A program made the translations under genes and the position numbers. A stretch of DNA of 64,000 nucleotides from Escherichia phage vB_EcoM_Kelasse. The stretch is taken from the sequence record MW749001.1. One strand, 5' to 3'. The notes under the pieces were generated by a model. That model searched no databases and had not been told where the DNA came from. It worked only from the letters and a program-made list of their open reading frames with translations. Positions 44,017-56,000 of the stretch are shown piece after piece; position 1 is the stretch's first letter, and each line of letters starts with the position of its first letter.

Positions 44017-44925
44017 TTAAAGGTCATTCAAAAGGTCATCCAGGTCCGTGTCATCAGCACTAGATGAACTGCCAGAGCTTGAGCTCATAAAATCATCTTC
44101 AGTTTTTGTATTGAAGTCATCAACATTGAATGCATCCAAATCATCAGCAACTTTATCAGCTTTCTTAGCAGCAGTTGCAGCAGCACCGCCCATCACAGCA
44201 GTTCCCATAACTTGACCGAATTTAGTGCTCAGTTCTTCAAACGATTTGAATTTATCTTTAGAAGTCATTTCAGAAAGGTCAACCATTTGTTCGAACAGTT
44301 CTTTCTGGAAAGATTCATCGTCAATGTTTGGAATCGCAGATTGATTCAGGAATTTAGATTCGTCGTAGTTACTAAATCCAGAAACCTGTTTAACTTTCAG
44401 TACAAAGTTAGCACCTTCCCACGGACAAGTTACATCAACCGGTGTTTCACCCATTTCAACATCAACCGCAATCATCGCGTTGATTTTATCCCAGATTTTC
44501 TTACCGAAACGGTATTTAAATACTTTACCTTCATTTTCTGGAGCAGCTGGGTCTTTTACAACAAGAATATTAGCCCAGTAAGAAGTTTTACGTTTAACAA
44601 GACCGTACTCTTTATTGTCAGTGTTGTACAGATCATTTTTACTGATGTATTGACATACTGGGCAAGAATCGTAATCACCGTGGGTAGATGAACAATTTTC
44701 GATATACCATTTACCGTTTTTCTTGAAACCGTGATTTACAAGAATTGCGAACGGTGCTTGTTCATCATTTTTAGACGGAAGAAAACGAATTACTGCTTGA
44801 CCGTTACCCGCATTGTCGAGTTTCAGTTTCCACTCGCCTTTATCTTCAGAAGAAAAACCACCTTTATTTCCAGCCAGTTTAGCCATTTGTGCAGCGAGTT
44901 CAGCAGTAGATTTACGTTTAAACAT
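44017..44925 (-). CDS. 32: single-stranded DNA-binding protein
   Basis: 302 aa [48 protein letters not shown]; zinc site H...C..C..C; acidic C-tail. Confidence 0.9.
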   Translation of the reverse strand: MFKRKSTAELAAQMAKLAGNKGGFSSEDKGEWKLKLDNAGNGQAVIRFLPSKNDEQAPFAILVNHGFKKNGKWYIENCSSTHGDYDSCPVCQYISKNDLYNTDNKEYGLVKRKTSYWANILVVKDPAAPENEGKVFKYRFGKKIWDKINAMIAVDVEMGETPVDVTCPWEGANFVLKVKQVSGFSNYDESKFLNQSAIPNIDDESFQKELFEQMVDLSEMTSKDKFKSFEELSTKFGQVMGTAVMGGAAATAAKKADKVADDLDAFNVDDFNTKTEDDFMSSSSGSSSSADDTDLDDLLNDL

Positions 44926-44990
44926 TTTTATTTCCTTTTAATTTAATTAACAGTTGGTGCTATGACGATGTATGACCTCATAGCTGGTCA
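44926..44990 (-). promoter_or_regulatory. gene 32 translational operator (pseudoknot plus A/U-rich unstructured region)
   Basis: Minus strand TGACC..GCTATGAGGTCATACATCGTCATAGC pseudoknot then TTAATTAAATTAAAAGGAAATAAAAATG. Confidence 0.65.
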
Positions 44991-44996
44991 GTGAGA

Positions 44997-45004
44997 TAAT
45001 TATA
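44997..45004 (-). promoter_or_regulatory. late promoter TATAAATA (gene 32)
   Basis: Minus-strand TATAAATA upstream of the gene 32 pseudoknot. Confidence 0.5.
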
Positions 45005-45023
45005 ATCTATTTATAATAAGCAA

Positions 45024-45677
45024 TTAATACTTACAAGATTTCACAGTTTCAATGAAAACATTTTTAGCTTTCTGTGAATCAATATTTAAAATTTTTCTAT
45101 AAGCCTTTAACTTTATAGAATAATTATTCCAGACTAAATTATCAGTCTGTTCATCATGTTTATCAATTATATTTAAAAATGAATCAAGCAAGATAAACGT
45201 CTCAAACGAAATTATGTTCGATTGCAGAAGTTTAAAAATATAACTTGACTGAACCTTTGGATTATATTCAAAGATTTCTTTAAAAGCAGAAACTTCAACT
45301 TTTTTACTAAAATAATAAATGTTGCGAATATCTTCTTCAAACTTAAATTTAATTTGCTTTAAGCGTCCGATATATTCACGATAAAACACAAGTGCATCAG
45401 CGTCAGAGATGTCACCAATCCAAGCATCTTGGTTAGCTACAAGATTGCTAATAAAAATTAAAGTCAATTCTTTTAATTTATACTTTTCTGATAGCTTTTG
45501 GAAAAAATACTTATCCCTTCGCTTTTGATAAGCGGCATCAGACACCCGCATGCACCAATTATACTTAATAACATCATACTTTCCATTCATATGTTGTTTT
45601 ATCATTAAGTATAATTTATAAACTGATTTACCATCAATATATCTTTCACCACCAGCAGGCATGCGGAGTTTAATCAT
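45024..45677 (-). CDS. 59: helicase loader
   Basis: 217 aa MIKLRMPAGGERYIDGKSVYKLYLMIKQHMNGKYDVIKYNW. Confidence 0.85.
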   Translation of the reverse strand: MIKLRMPAGGERYIDGKSVYKLYLMIKQHMNGKYDVIKYNWCMRVSDAAYQKRRDKYFFQKLSEKYKLKELTLIFISNLVANQDAWIGDISDADALVFYREYIGRLKQIKFKFEEDIRNIYYFSKKVEVSAFKEIFEYNPKVQSSYIFKLLQSNIISFETFILLDSFLNIIDKHDEQTDNLVWNNYSIKLKAYRKILNIDSQKAKNVFIETVKSCKY

Positions 45678-46012
45678 AGCAGAAAATCTAATGTATTAGT
45701 TTTTTCACAACGAACAACAGAAGGACGTAAAAGATTTTCGTCAATGGCTTCTGACTGAATTTTTTCAATTATACCCGAAGGAATAAATTTAGCAAATTGA
45801 GTTTCAGGAATAGAATTTTCTTCCAAGAATGCTGTTGTAGCTTCAAGATAACTCATTCCAAACTCTTCTACCATTTTTTCAATAATAAATCCATTTTCTT
45901 GACGATCAAGAAGCTTTGCTATTTCATCCTTTTCTTTCTTAATTGAAAGTTCTTTTTCTGAAAGACCGGTCTCATCGACCGGACGAATATCATTTAGAGA
46001 AAACTGTGTCAT
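45674..46012 (-). CDS. 33: late transcription co-activator
   Basis: 112 aa from MTQFSLNDIRPVDETGLSEKEL; overlaps 59 start. Confidence 0.8.
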   Translation of the reverse strand: MTQFSLNDIRPVDETGLSEKELSIKKEKDEIAKLLDRQENGFIIEKMVEEFGMSYLEATTAFLEENSIPETQFAKFIPSGIIEKIQSEAIDENLLRPSVVRCEKTNTLDFLL

Positions 46013-46259
46013 AAAGTTCAACTACCTCTTCAGTTTCAGCTTCAAACACATCACGGTTATCTTTATGATACAAAGCTAATAGACGATTAAACATCTTACC
46101 ATCAACGCCAAGTTCATCTTTAGCACGAATTCGAATATCTTTAATCAGTTCATTATAACCGGAAATTTTCAGTTTATGATCAGATGCTTCTTTAATAAAT
46201 TTAGCCAAATCTTCGCCGTGGATAGCTTCATCAAATTCAACCATTTCTTTTTTAGCCAT
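45990..46259 (-). CDS. dsbA: dsDNA-binding protein
   Basis: 89 aa MAKKEMVEFDEAIHGEDLAKFIKE. Confidence 0.7.
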   Translation of the reverse strand: MAKKEMVEFDEAIHGEDLAKFIKEASDHKLKISGYNELIKDIRIRAKDELGVDGKMFNRLLALYHKDNRDVFEAETEEVVELYDTVFSK

Positions 46260-46267
46260 TATTCACC

Positions 46268-47185
46268 TCAAAATTCATTAATGCTATTAGTTAATTTAGA
46301 AAGACCCGCTTTTACAAAATATGAATAAATTTTGCCACGCGGTGGTAATTTATATGAATTATAGTAATTCACAATGTTTGAAGCAATATTATCAGGAATA
46401 TAATCAAAATCAATTAGAACTAAATTTTCTTTATAACGATTATATTCAGATTCTGTGAGAAGCACCTTAGCTTGCTCACGGTCATTAGCAATAGCTTCAA
46501 CGATTGAAGTTTTCATTGAAGGAGTTCGTTCACCTTCAACTCTGGTAAACCAAAAGTCAGATCGTACTTTAACTGAAGCAACGTTATCCTTTTTGTCGCC
46601 TTTAAGGATTTTAGTCATACAGTCAATTTCAGCAGAACCGCTTTTAATTTTAACCCATTTCTTGTGCATCGGTGACCATTGCTTAACATTTGGATATTTG
46701 TGAAGCTGTGTAAAGTCACCATCCGATGAAATGATTAAAATCTTGTGTCCTTCTAAAGAGAACTTTTTAACAAGAACAGCAATGTGGTCATCTGCTTCAT
46801 ACTTATCAATATCCATAACAATGTATGGCATATAAGCTTTCAATTCATCTATAACTTTATGGCTGGATTCAAAATAACCTTCCCAGTCCCAAGTAGATTC
46901 TTCTCGTGCTTTTCCACGGTTTTTCTTATAATAATACGCGAAATCACGACGCCAGTATCCAGATTTCGCGTTATCAATACACAATACAATTTTAGTGTAT
47001 CCAAGAGTTTTTGCTTTTTTGACATTAAACTTAATTGAGTTCAATATCAAATGACGAACCATTGATAAATTAATTTTTTCTTTATCTGGGAAGTTTACTA
47101 AAGCAGTTGAAAGCGCAATTTGACTAAAGTCAATAAAGCAAATTCCTTCTTTGTAATCTTCATCCAACATCATTTCTAAATCCAT
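46268..47185 (-). CDS. rnh: RNase H (5'-3' exonuclease, FEN family)
   Basis: 305 aa from MDLEMMLDEDYKEG (GAGG SD); ORF extends to 47200. Confidence 0.85.
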   Translation of the reverse strand: MDLEMMLDEDYKEGICFIDFSQIALSTALVNFPDKEKINLSMVRHLILNSIKFNVKKAKTLGYTKIVLCIDNAKSGYWRRDFAYYYKKNRGKAREESTWDWEGYFESSHKVIDELKAYMPYIVMDIDKYEADDHIAVLVKKFSLEGHKILIISSDGDFTQLHKYPNVKQWSPMHKKWVKIKSGSAEIDCMTKILKGDKKDNVASVKVRSDFWFTRVEGERTPSMKTSIVEAIANDREQAKVLLTESEYNRYKENLVLIDFDYIPDNIASNIVNYYNSYKLPPRGKIYSYFVKAGLSKLTNSINEF

Positions 47186-47246
47186 ATGAACCTCGTTCAA
47201 TTAGTGAGATTTCTATTATATACCATCCAAATCTTAAAGTAAACAA

Positions 47247-47254
47247 GTATAAAT
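47247..47254 (+). promoter_or_regulatory. late promoter TATAAATA (gene 34 tail-fibre operon)
   Basis: Exact TATAAATA about 35 nt upstream of gene 34 ATG. Confidence 0.65.
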
Positions 47255-47289
47255 ACTTATTATTGAAAACACAATAGGAGCCCGGGAGA

Positions 47290-50200
47290 ATGGCCGAGAT
47301 TAAAAGAAAGTTCAGAGCAGAAGATGGTCTGGACGCAGGTGGTGATAAAATAATCAACGTAGCTTTAGCTGATCGTGCCGTAGGAACTGACGGTGTTAAC
47401 GTTGATTACTTAATTCAAGAAAACACAGTTCAACAATACGATCCAACTCGTGGATATTTAAAAGATTTTGTAATCATTTATGATAACCGCTTTTGGGCTG
47501 CTATAAATGATATTCCAAAACCGGCAGGAGCTTTTAATAGCGGACGCTGGAGAGCATTACGTACCGATGCTAACTGGATTACGGTTTCATCTGGTTCATA
47601 TCAATTAAAATCTGGTGAAGCTATTTCGGTTAACACCGCAGCTGGTAATGATATTACATTTACTTTACCATCTACCCCAATTGATGGTGATACTATCGTT
47701 CTCCAAGATATTGGAGGAAAACCCGGAGTTAACCAAGTTTTAATTGTAGCTCCAGTGCAAAGTATTGTAAACTTTAGAGGTGAACAAGTACGTTCAGTAC
47801 TAATGACTCATCCAAAGTCACAGCTAGTTTTAATTTTTAGTAATCGTCTGTGGCAAATGTATGTAGCTGATTATAGTAGAGAAGCGGTAATTGTAACACC
47901 AGCAAGTCTCTATCAGGCGCAATCTAATGATTTTATCGTACGTAGATTTACTTCTGCTGCACCGATAAATATTAAACTTCCAAGATTTGCTAATCACGGC
48001 GATATTATTAATTTCGTCGATTTGGATAAATTAAACCCTCTTTATCATACAATTGTTACGACATACGATGAAACGACATCAGTACAAGAAGATGGAACTC
48101 ATTCCATTGAAGGCCGTACATCGATTGATGGCTTTTTAATGTATGATGATAACGAAAAATTATGGAGACTGTTTGACGGGGACAGTAAAGCACGTTTACG
48201 TATCATAACGACTAATTCAAACATTCGTCCAAACGAAGAAGTTATGGTATTTGGTGCGAATAACGGAACAATTCAAACAATTGAGCTTCAGCTTCCAACT
48301 AATATTTCTGTTGGTGATACTGTTAAAATTTCCATGAATTACATGAGAAAAGGACAAACAGTTAAAATCAAAGCTGCCGGTGAAGATAAAATTGCTTCTT
48401 CAGTTCAATTGCTGCAATTCCCAAAACGTTCAGAGTATCCGCCTGAAGCTGAGTGGGTTACAGTTCAAGAATTAGTTTTTAACGGTGAAACTAATTATGT
48501 TCCAGTTTTACAACTTGCTTATATAGAAGATTCTGATGGAAAATACTGGGTTGTGCAACAAAATGTTCCAACCGTAGAAAGAGTAGACTCTTTAAATGAT
48601 TCTACTAGAGCGAGATTAGGCGTAATAGCTTTAGCTACACAAGCTCAAGCTAATGTCGATTTAGAAAATTCTCCACAAAAAGAATTAGCAATTACTCCAG
48701 AAACATTAGCTAACCGTACTGCTACTGAAACTCGTAGAGGTATCGCAAGAATAGCAACTACTGCTCAAGTGAATCAGAACACCACATTCTCTTTTGCTGA
48801 TGACCTTATCATCACTCCTAAAAAGCTGAATGAAAGAACTGCTACAGAAACTCGCAGAGGTGTCGCAGAAATTGCTACACAACAGGAAACTAATACAGGT
48901 ACTGATGATACAACCATCATTACTCCTAAAAAGCTTCAAGCTCGTCAAGGTTCTGAATCATTATCTGGTATTGTAACTTTTGTATCTACTGCAGGTGCTA
49001 CTCCAGCTTCTAGCCGTGAATTAAATGGTACGAATGTTTATAATAAAAACACTAATAATTTAGTTGTTTCGCCAAAAGCTTTGGATCAGTATAAAGCTAC
49101 TCCAACGCAGCAAGGTGCAGTAATTTTAGCAGTTGAAAGTGAAGTAATTGCTGGACAAAGCCAAGAAGGATGGGCAAATGCGGTTGTAACGCCAGAAACG
49201 TTACATAAAAAGACATCAACTGATGGAAGAATTGGTTTAATTGAAATTGCTACGCAAAGTGAAGTTAATACAGGAACTGATTATACTCGTGCAGTCACTC
49301 CTAAAACTTTAAATGACCGTAGAGCAACTGAAAGTTTAAGTGGTATAGCTGAAATTGCTACACAAGTTGAATTCGACGCAGGCGTCGACGATACTCGTAT
49401 CTCTACACCATTAAAAATTAAAACCAGATTTAATAGTACTGATCGTACTTCTGTTGTTGCTCTATCTGGATTAGTTGAATCAGGAACTCTCTGGGACCAT
49501 TATACCCTTAATATTCTTGAAGCAAATGAGACGCAACGTGGTACACTTCGTGTAGCTACACAGGTCGAAGCTGCTGCAGGAACATTAGATAATGTTTTAA
49601 TAACTCCTAAAAAACTTTTAGGTACTAAATCTACTGAAGCACAGGAAGGTGTTATTAAAGTTGCAACCCAGTCTGAAACTGTGACTGGAACGTCAGCAAA
49701 TACTGCTGTATCTCCAAAAAATTTAAAATGGATTGTACAGAGTGAACCTACTTGGGCAGCTACTACTGCGATAAGAGGCTTTGTTAAAACTTCATCTGGT
49801 TCAATTACATTCGTTGGTAATGATACAGTCGGTTCTACCCAAGATTTAGAACTGTATGAGAAAAATAGCTATGCAGTATCACCATATGAATTAAACCGTG
49901 TATTAGCAAATTATTTACCGTTAAAAGCAAAAGCTGCTGATACAAATTTATTGGATGGTCTAGATTCATCTCAATTCATTCGTAGGGATATTGCACAGAC
50001 AGTTAATGGTTCACTAACCTTAACTCAACAAACGAATCTGAGTGCCCCTCTTGTATCATCTAGTACTGCTACGTTTGGTGGTTCAGTTTCGGCAAATAGT
50101 ACATTAACTATTTCTAATACTGGAACAGCAACTCGTCTGATTTTTGAAAAAGGACCTCAAACTGGAACTAACCCAGCACAGACGATGACTATCAGAGTAT

Positions 50201-51159
50201 GGGGAAATCAGTTTGGTGGCGGATCAGATACAACACGTTCTACTGTATTTGAAGTTGGTGATGAAACGTCTAATCACTTTTATTCTCAACGTAATAAAGC
50301 TGGGAATATAACGTTTAGTATCAATGGTACTGTAATGCCAATAAATGTTAATGCTTCGGGTTCTTTGAATGCGAATGGCGTAGCAACATTTGGTAGTTCA
50401 GTTACAGCCAATGGTGAATTCATTAGCAAGTCTGCAAATGCTTTCAGAGCAATAAACGGTGATTATGGATTCTTTATCAGGAATGATGGCGGCAGCACAT
50501 ATTTTATGCTCACTGCATCCGGTGATCAGACTGGCGGATTTAATGGATTACGTCCATTATCAATTAATAATCAATCCGGTCAAGTCACAATTGGTGAAAG
50601 CTTAATCATTGCCAAAGGTGCTACTATAAATTCAGGCGGTTTAACTGTTAACTCGAGAATTCGTTCTCAGGGTACTAAAACATCTGATTTATATACCCGT
50701 GCGCCAACATCTGATACTGTAGGATTCTGGTCAATTGATATTAATGATTCAGCTACTTATAACCAGTTCCCGGGTTATTTTAAAATGGTTGAAAAAACTA
50801 ATGAAGTGACTGGACTTCCGTACTTAGAACGTGGCGAAGAAGTTAAATCTCCTGGTACACTGACACAGTTTGGTAACACACTTGATTCGCTTTACCAAGA
50901 TTGGATTACTTATCCAACGACACCAGAAGCGCGTACCACTCGCTGGACACGTACATGGCAGAAAACCAAAAACTCTTGGTCGAGTTTTGTTCAGGTATTT
51001 GATGGAGGTAACCCTCCTCAACCATCTGATATCGGTGCTTTACCATCTGATAATGCTACAATGGGGAATCTTACTATTCGTGATTTCTTACGAATTGGTA
51101 ATGTTCGCATTATTCCTGACCCAGTGAATAAAACTGTTAAATTTGAATGGGTTGAATAA
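47290..51159 (+). CDS. 34: long tail fibre proximal subunit
   Basis: 1289 aa MAEIKRKFRAEDGLDAGGDKIINVALADRAVGTDGVN; internal fibre repeats; TATAAATA upstream. Confidence 0.9.
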   Translation: MAEIKRKFRAEDGLDAGGDKIINVALADRAVGTDGVNVDYLIQENTVQQYDPTRGYLKDFVIIYDNRFWAAINDIPKPAGAFNSGRWRALRTDANWITVSSGSYQLKSGEAISVNTAAGNDITFTLPSTPIDGDTIVLQDIGGKPGVNQVLIVAPVQSIVNFRGEQVRSVLMTHPKSQLVLIFSNRLWQMYVADYSREAVIVTPASLYQAQSNDFIVRRFTSAAPINIKLPRFANHGDIINFVDLDKLNPLYHTIVTTYDETTSVQEDGTHSIEGRTSIDGFLMYDDNEKLWRLFDGDSKARLRIITTNSNIRPNEEVMVFGANNGTIQTIELQLPTNISVGDTVKISMNYMRKGQTVKIKAAGEDKIASSVQLLQFPKRSEYPPEAEWVTVQELVFNGETNYVPVLQLAYIEDSDGKYWVVQQNVPTVERVDSLNDSTRARLGVIALATQAQANVDLENSPQKELAITPETLANRTATETRRGIARIATTAQVNQNTTFSFADDLIITPKKLNERTATETRRGVAEIATQQETNTGTDDTTIITPKKLQARQGSESLSGIVTFVSTAGATPASSRELNGTNVYNKNTNNLVVSPKALDQYKATPTQQGAVILAVESEVIAGQSQEGWANAVVTPETLHKKTSTDGRIGLIEIATQSEVNTGTDYTRAVTPKTLNDRRATESLSGIAEIATQVEFDAGVDDTRISTPLKIKTRFNSTDRTSVVALSGLVESGTLWDHYTLNILEANETQRGTLRVATQVEAAAGTLDNVLITPKKLLGTKSTEAQEGVIKVATQSETVTGTSANTAVSPKNLKWIVQSEPTWAATTAIRGFVKTSSGSITFVGNDTVGSTQDLELYEKNSYAVSPYELNRVLANYLPLKAKAADTNLLDGLDSSQFIRRDIAQTVNGSLTLTQQTNLSAPLVSSSTATFGGSVSANSTLTISNTGTATRLIFEKGPQTGTNPAQTMTIRVWGNQFGGGSDTTRSTVFEVGDETSNHFYSQRNKAGNITFSINGTVMPINVNASGSLNANGVATFGSSVTANGEFISKSANAFRAINGDYGFFIRNDGGSTYFMLTASGDQTGGFNGLRPLSINNQSGQVTIGESLIIAKGATINSGGLTVNSRIRSQGTKTSDLYTRAPTSDTVGFWSIDINDSATYNQFPGYFKMVEKTNEVTGLPYLERGEEVKSPGTLTQFGNTLDSLYQDWITYPTTPEARTTRWTRTWQKTKNSWSSFVQVFDGGNPPQPSDIGALPSDNATMGNLTIRDFLRIGNVRIIPDPVNKTVKFEWVE

Positions 51160-51167
51160 GAGGTATT

Positions 51168-52283
51168 ATGGAAAAATTTATGGCAGAGTTTGGACAAGGA
51201 TATGTCCAAACGCCATTTTTATCGGAAAGCAATTCAGTAAGATATAAAATAAGCATAGCGGGTTCTTGCCCGCTTTCTACAGCAGGACCATACGTTAAAT
51301 TTCAGGATAATCCTGTAGGAAGTCAAACATTTAGCGCAGGCCTTCATTTAAGAGTTTTTGACCCTTCCACCGGAGCATTAGTTGATAGTAAATCATATTC
51401 TTTTTCGACTTCAAATGATACTACATCAGCTGCCTTTGTTAGTTTCATGAATTCTTTGACGAATAATCGAATTGTTGCTATATTAACTAACGGAAAGGTT
51501 AATTTTCCTCCTGAAGTAGTATCTTGGTTAAGAACAGCAGGAACGTCTGCTTTTCCATCTGACTCTGTGTTGTCAAGATTCGACGTATCATATGCTGCTT
51601 TTTATACTTCTTCTAAAAGAGCTATTGCATTAGAGCATGTTAAACTGAGTAATAGAAAAAGCACAGATGATTATCAAACTATTTTAGATGTTGTATTTGA
51701 CAGTTTAGAAGACGTCGGAGCTACCGGGTTTCCAAGAAGAACGTATGAAAGCGTTGAGCAATTTATGTCAGCGGTTGGTGGAACTAATAACGAAATTGCC
51801 CGTCTACCTACAGCATCTGCAATAAGTAAATTATCTGATTATAATTTAATTCCTGGCGATGTTCTTTATCTTAAAGCTCAGTTATATGCTGATGCCGATT
51901 TACTTGCTCTTGGAACTACAAATATATCTATCCGTTTTTATAATGCATCAAATGGATATATTTCCTCGACACAAGCTGAATTTACCGGACAAGCTGGGTC
52001 ATGGGAATTAAAGGAAGATTATGTAGTTGTTCCAGAAAACGCTGTAGGATTTACGATATATGCACAAAGAACTGCTAAAGCTGGCCAAGGTGGCATGAGA
52101 AATTTAAGCTTTTCTGAAGTATCAAGAAACGGCGGTATTTCAAAACCTGCTGAATTTGGCGTCAACGGTATTCGTGTTAATTATATCTGTGAATCCGCTT
52201 CACCTCCGGATATAATGGTACTTCCTACGCAAGCATCGTCTAAAACTGGTAAAGTGTTTGGGCAAGAATTTAGAGAAGTATAA
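51168..52283 (+). CDS. 35: long tail fibre hinge connector
   Basis: 371 aa, directly after gene 34. Confidence 0.85.
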   Translation: MEKFMAEFGQGYVQTPFLSESNSVRYKISIAGSCPLSTAGPYVKFQDNPVGSQTFSAGLHLRVFDPSTGALVDSKSYSFSTSNDTTSAAFVSFMNSLTNNRIVAILTNGKVNFPPEVVSWLRTAGTSAFPSDSVLSRFDVSYAAFYTSSKRAIALEHVKLSNRKSTDDYQTILDVVFDSLEDVGATGFPRRTYESVEQFMSAVGGTNNEIARLPTASAISKLSDYNLIPGDVLYLKAQLYADADLLALGTTNISIRFYNASNGYISSTQAEFTGQAGSWELKEDYVVVPENAVGFTIYAQRTAKAGQGGMRNLSFSEVSRNGGISKPAEFGVNGIRVNYICESASPPDIMVLPTQASSKTGKVFGQEFREV

Positions 52284-52288
52284 ATTGA

Positions 52289-52306
52289 GGGAGCCTTCGG
52301 GTTCCC
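52289..52306 (+). terminator. intrinsic terminator after gene 35
   Basis: GGGAGCC-TTCG-GGTTCCC followed by TTTTTCTTT. Confidence 0.7.
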
Positions 52307-52314
52307 TTTTTCTT

Positions 52315-52322
52315 TATAAATA
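52315..52322 (+). promoter_or_regulatory. late promoter TATAAATA (gene 36/37/38)
   Basis: Exact TATAAATA between gene 35 terminator and gene 36. Confidence 0.65.
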
Positions 52323-52345
52323 CTATTAAAATAAAGGGGCATATA

Positions 52346-53008
52346 ATGGCTGATTTAAAAGTAGGTTCAACAACTGGAGGCTCTGTCATTTGGCATCAAG
52401 GAAATTTTCCATTGAATCCAGCCGGTGACGATGTACTCTATAAATCATTTAAAATATATTCAGAATATAATAAACCACAAGCTGCTGATAACGATTTCGT
52501 TTCTAAAGCTAACGGTGGTACTTACGCCGCGACTGTTCGATTTAATGGAGGCGTACATGTTCCTACTATAGGTAGTAGTCAACAGTGCGGTGTTTATCCA
52601 GGTAACGGTGATGCAGCTACTTTTGCTATGGCAAATATTGACATCGTTTCGTGGAATGGTATTGGTTTTAAATCATCACAAGGTTCAGCAGACCGAACTG
52701 TTGTAATTAATGCACGTAATGGTGATATTAGTACAAAAGGCGTTGTGACAGCAGTAGGTCAAATAAGAAGTAATGCAGTTTCTCCTGTATCAGCAAATGA
52801 CCTTACTAGAAAGGACTATGTTGATGGAGCAATAAATACTGTTACAGCAAATGCGAACTCTAGGGTGCTACGATCTGGTGACACCATGATAGGTAATTTA
52901 ACAGCGCCAAACTTTTTCTCGCAGAATCCTGCATCTCAACCTTCACATGTTCCACGATTTGACCAAATCGTAATTAAGGATTCTGTTCAAGATTTCGGCT
53001 ATTATTAA
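52346..53008 (+). CDS. 36: long tail fibre distal connector
   Basis: 220 aa [29 protein letters not shown]; TATAAATA upstream. Confidence 0.85.
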   Translation: MADLKVGSTTGGSVIWHQGNFPLNPAGDDVLYKSFKIYSEYNKPQAADNDFVSKANGGTYAATVRFNGGVHVPTIGSSQQCGVYPGNGDAATFAMANIDIVSWNGIGFKSSQGSADRTVVINARNGDISTKGVVTAVGQIRSNAVSPVSANDLTRKDYVDGAINTVTANANSRVLRSGDTMIGNLTAPNFFSQNPASQPSHVPRFDQIVIKDSVQDFGYY

Positions 53009-53016
53009 GAGGACTT

Positions 53017-56000
53017 ATGGCTACTTTAAAACAAATACAATTTAAAAGAAGCAAAACCGCAGGTGCACGTCCTGCTGCTTCAGTATTAGCCGAAGGTGAA
53101 TTGGCTATAAACTTAAAAGATAGAACAATTTTTACTAAAGATGATACAGGAAATATCATTGATCTAGGTATTGCTAAAGGCGGTCAAATTGATGGAAATG
53201 TAACTATTGATGGAACTTTACGCGTCAATGGACCAATAAACAACTTTGGAAATTTTTCTACAAGTGGTACTATTACGGCAAGTAATATTGTTTCTGCTAC
53301 AGTATTCAGATCAACATCCGGTTCATTTTATACAAGAGCAATAAATGATACTGCAAATGCCCATCTTTGGTTTGAAAATACGAATGGATCGGAGAGAGGG
53401 GTTTTATATTCAAAACCACAGTCTGAAAATGAAGGCGTAATTACAATGCGCGTTCGCCAAGGAACCGCAGCAGGGGCTCAAAATTCAGAATTTCATTTCA
53501 TTTCTACTGATGGCGGTATCTTCCAGGCACGCAAATTAACTGCTTTAACTTCTATTAGTACACCAACTATTAGTGTTAATTTAATTAATCATGATTCTAA
53601 AGCCTTTGGACAATACGATTCACAATCATTAGTTCAGTATGTTTATCCTGGAACCGGTGAAACAAATGGTGTAAACTATCTTCGTAAAGTTCGAGCTAAA
53701 TCAGGTGGCACTATGTGGCATGAAATCTGTACAGCTCAGACAGGACAAGCTGATGAAATGTCATGGTGGACTGGTAATACTCCTCAGTCTAAACAATACG
53801 GTATTCGTAATGACGGACGAATGGCTGGACGTAATAGCCTTGCATTAGGTACATTCACTACAAATTTCCCGTCTAGTGATTATGGCAACGTCGGTGTAAT
53901 GGGCGATAAATATCTTGTTCTCGGTGACACTGTAACTGGCTTGTCATACAAAAAAACTGGTGTATTTGATCTAGTTGGCGGTGGATATTCTGTTGCTTCT
54001 ATTACTCCTGACAGTTTCCGTAGTACTCGTAAAGGTATATTTGGTCGTTCCGAGGACCAAGGCACCACATGGATTATGCCTGGCACTAATGCCGCTTTCT
54101 TGTCTGTTCAAACACAAGCTGATAATAACAATGCTGGAGACGGCCAGACGCATATTGGGTACAATGCTGGCGGTAAAATGAGTCATTATTTCCGCGGTAA
54201 AGGCAAAACTAATATTAATACTCAGGAAGGTGTAGACGTTAACCCGGGTATATTGAAGTTAACCACCGGCGGTGAAAGTATTAGCTTTAATGCCGCAACT
54301 GGAAGTATTAATTCTACATTAGCTTTTCGTCTTAATAAAGGCATAATTATTGATGGACCTGATAATCAGGGATTCCAGTTTAACGCCCCGACGGCTGCAG
54401 ATGGTACTAGAAGTATATACTGGAACAGTGGTACTCGCGCAGGTCAAAACAAAAGCCCTGTTACAGTTAAAGTGTGGGGTAATTCATTTAACGCATCGGG
54501 CGATCGTGCTCGTGAAACGGTTTTTGAAGTAGCTGATGGGCAAGGTTTCCATTTTTATTCTCAACGTGTAGCTCCTGCGCCTGGTTCTACCGTCGGACCT
54601 ATTCAATTTCGAGTTAATGGTGGTTTATTAACTTCTGGTGGTATTACATCATCTGGTTCTATTGTTACTGAATCAAGTTTAGTTGCCAATAATGGCATGT
54701 CAGTAAATGGTCAGGCTAAATTTGGCGGAACAGCAAACGCACTGAGAATTTGGAACGCTGAATACGGTGTTATTTTCCGTCGTTCTGAAAGTAACTTTTA
54801 CATTATTCCAACCAATCAAAATGAAGGCGAAAGCGGAGACATTCATAGCTCTTTGAGACCTGTAAGAATAGGATTAAACGATGGCATGGTTGGGTTAGGA
54901 AGAGATTCTTTTATAGTAGATCAAAATAATGCTTTAACTACGATAAACAGTAACTCTCGCATTAATGCCAACTTTAGAATGCAATTAGGGCAGTCGACAT
55001 ATATTGATGCAGAATGCACTGATGCCGTTAGACCTGCAGGGGCTGGTTCATTTGCCTCGCAAAATAATGAAAACGTCCGTGCTCCGTTCTATATGAATAT
55101 TAATCGCACAGATACAAGTACTTACGTTCCAATTGTTAAACAGAGATACGTACAAAATAATAGTTGCTATTCTATTGGTACTTTAATTAATGGCGGTAAT
55201 TTTAGAGTTCATTATCATGAAGGTGGTGATGGCGGTTCTACTGGCGCGATTATAAAGGATTTAGGTTGGGAATTTAATAAAAACGGTGATTTTTACTCTC
55301 CTGGTAAATTAGGTGCTGGAAATATTCGTATCGGAACAGACGGTAATATTACAGGTGGTTCTGGTAATTTTGCTAACTTGAATACCACATTAAACCGTAA
55401 GGTCAATTCCGGATTTGTAACATACGGTGCAACTGCTGGATGGTATAAATTCGCTACAGTAACGATGCCACAATCTACTTCTACTGTTTCATTTACTATA
55501 ACTGGTGGTAAAGGATTTAATACCGGACTGTTTACACAATGTGCTATAACAGAAATTGTTCTTCGTACTGGTAATGACCGCCCAGCAGGTTTAAACGCCG
55601 TGATGTATACCAGAACAGCTGCAGGTCTTACTGATATTGCTGTAGTTAATACCTCAGGAAATACATATGATATCTATGTTGAATCTGGTACTTATGCCAA
55701 TCAATTAGCTTATACATGGCATACAGTTGATAATGCTACAGTAGAAGTTATCGGCGCTTTTGGTCCTACTCAAGACCCGGTAGATTCTTTGCCGGCTGAT
55801 TATGTTAAAGGCCAAGTAGCTAACATGCTTAACAACCTGGTAGACACAGGTAAAGTAAAACGTTATGTAGCAGAATCTGAAATTGCTATTAATAACCAAA
55901 CGGGTCTTCGTATTACGAGTAATTCTGATAGATCAGGTTCTAATTCCGTTTTATTTCGAAATGACGGTGGAAGCTTCTATATTTTACTGACTGACAAAAA

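Noticed and set aside
44212-44946. Plus-strand ORFs (159 aa and 71 aa) antisense to gene 32
   Set aside because: Shadow ORFs within a highly conserved gene; hydrophobic low-complexity translations.
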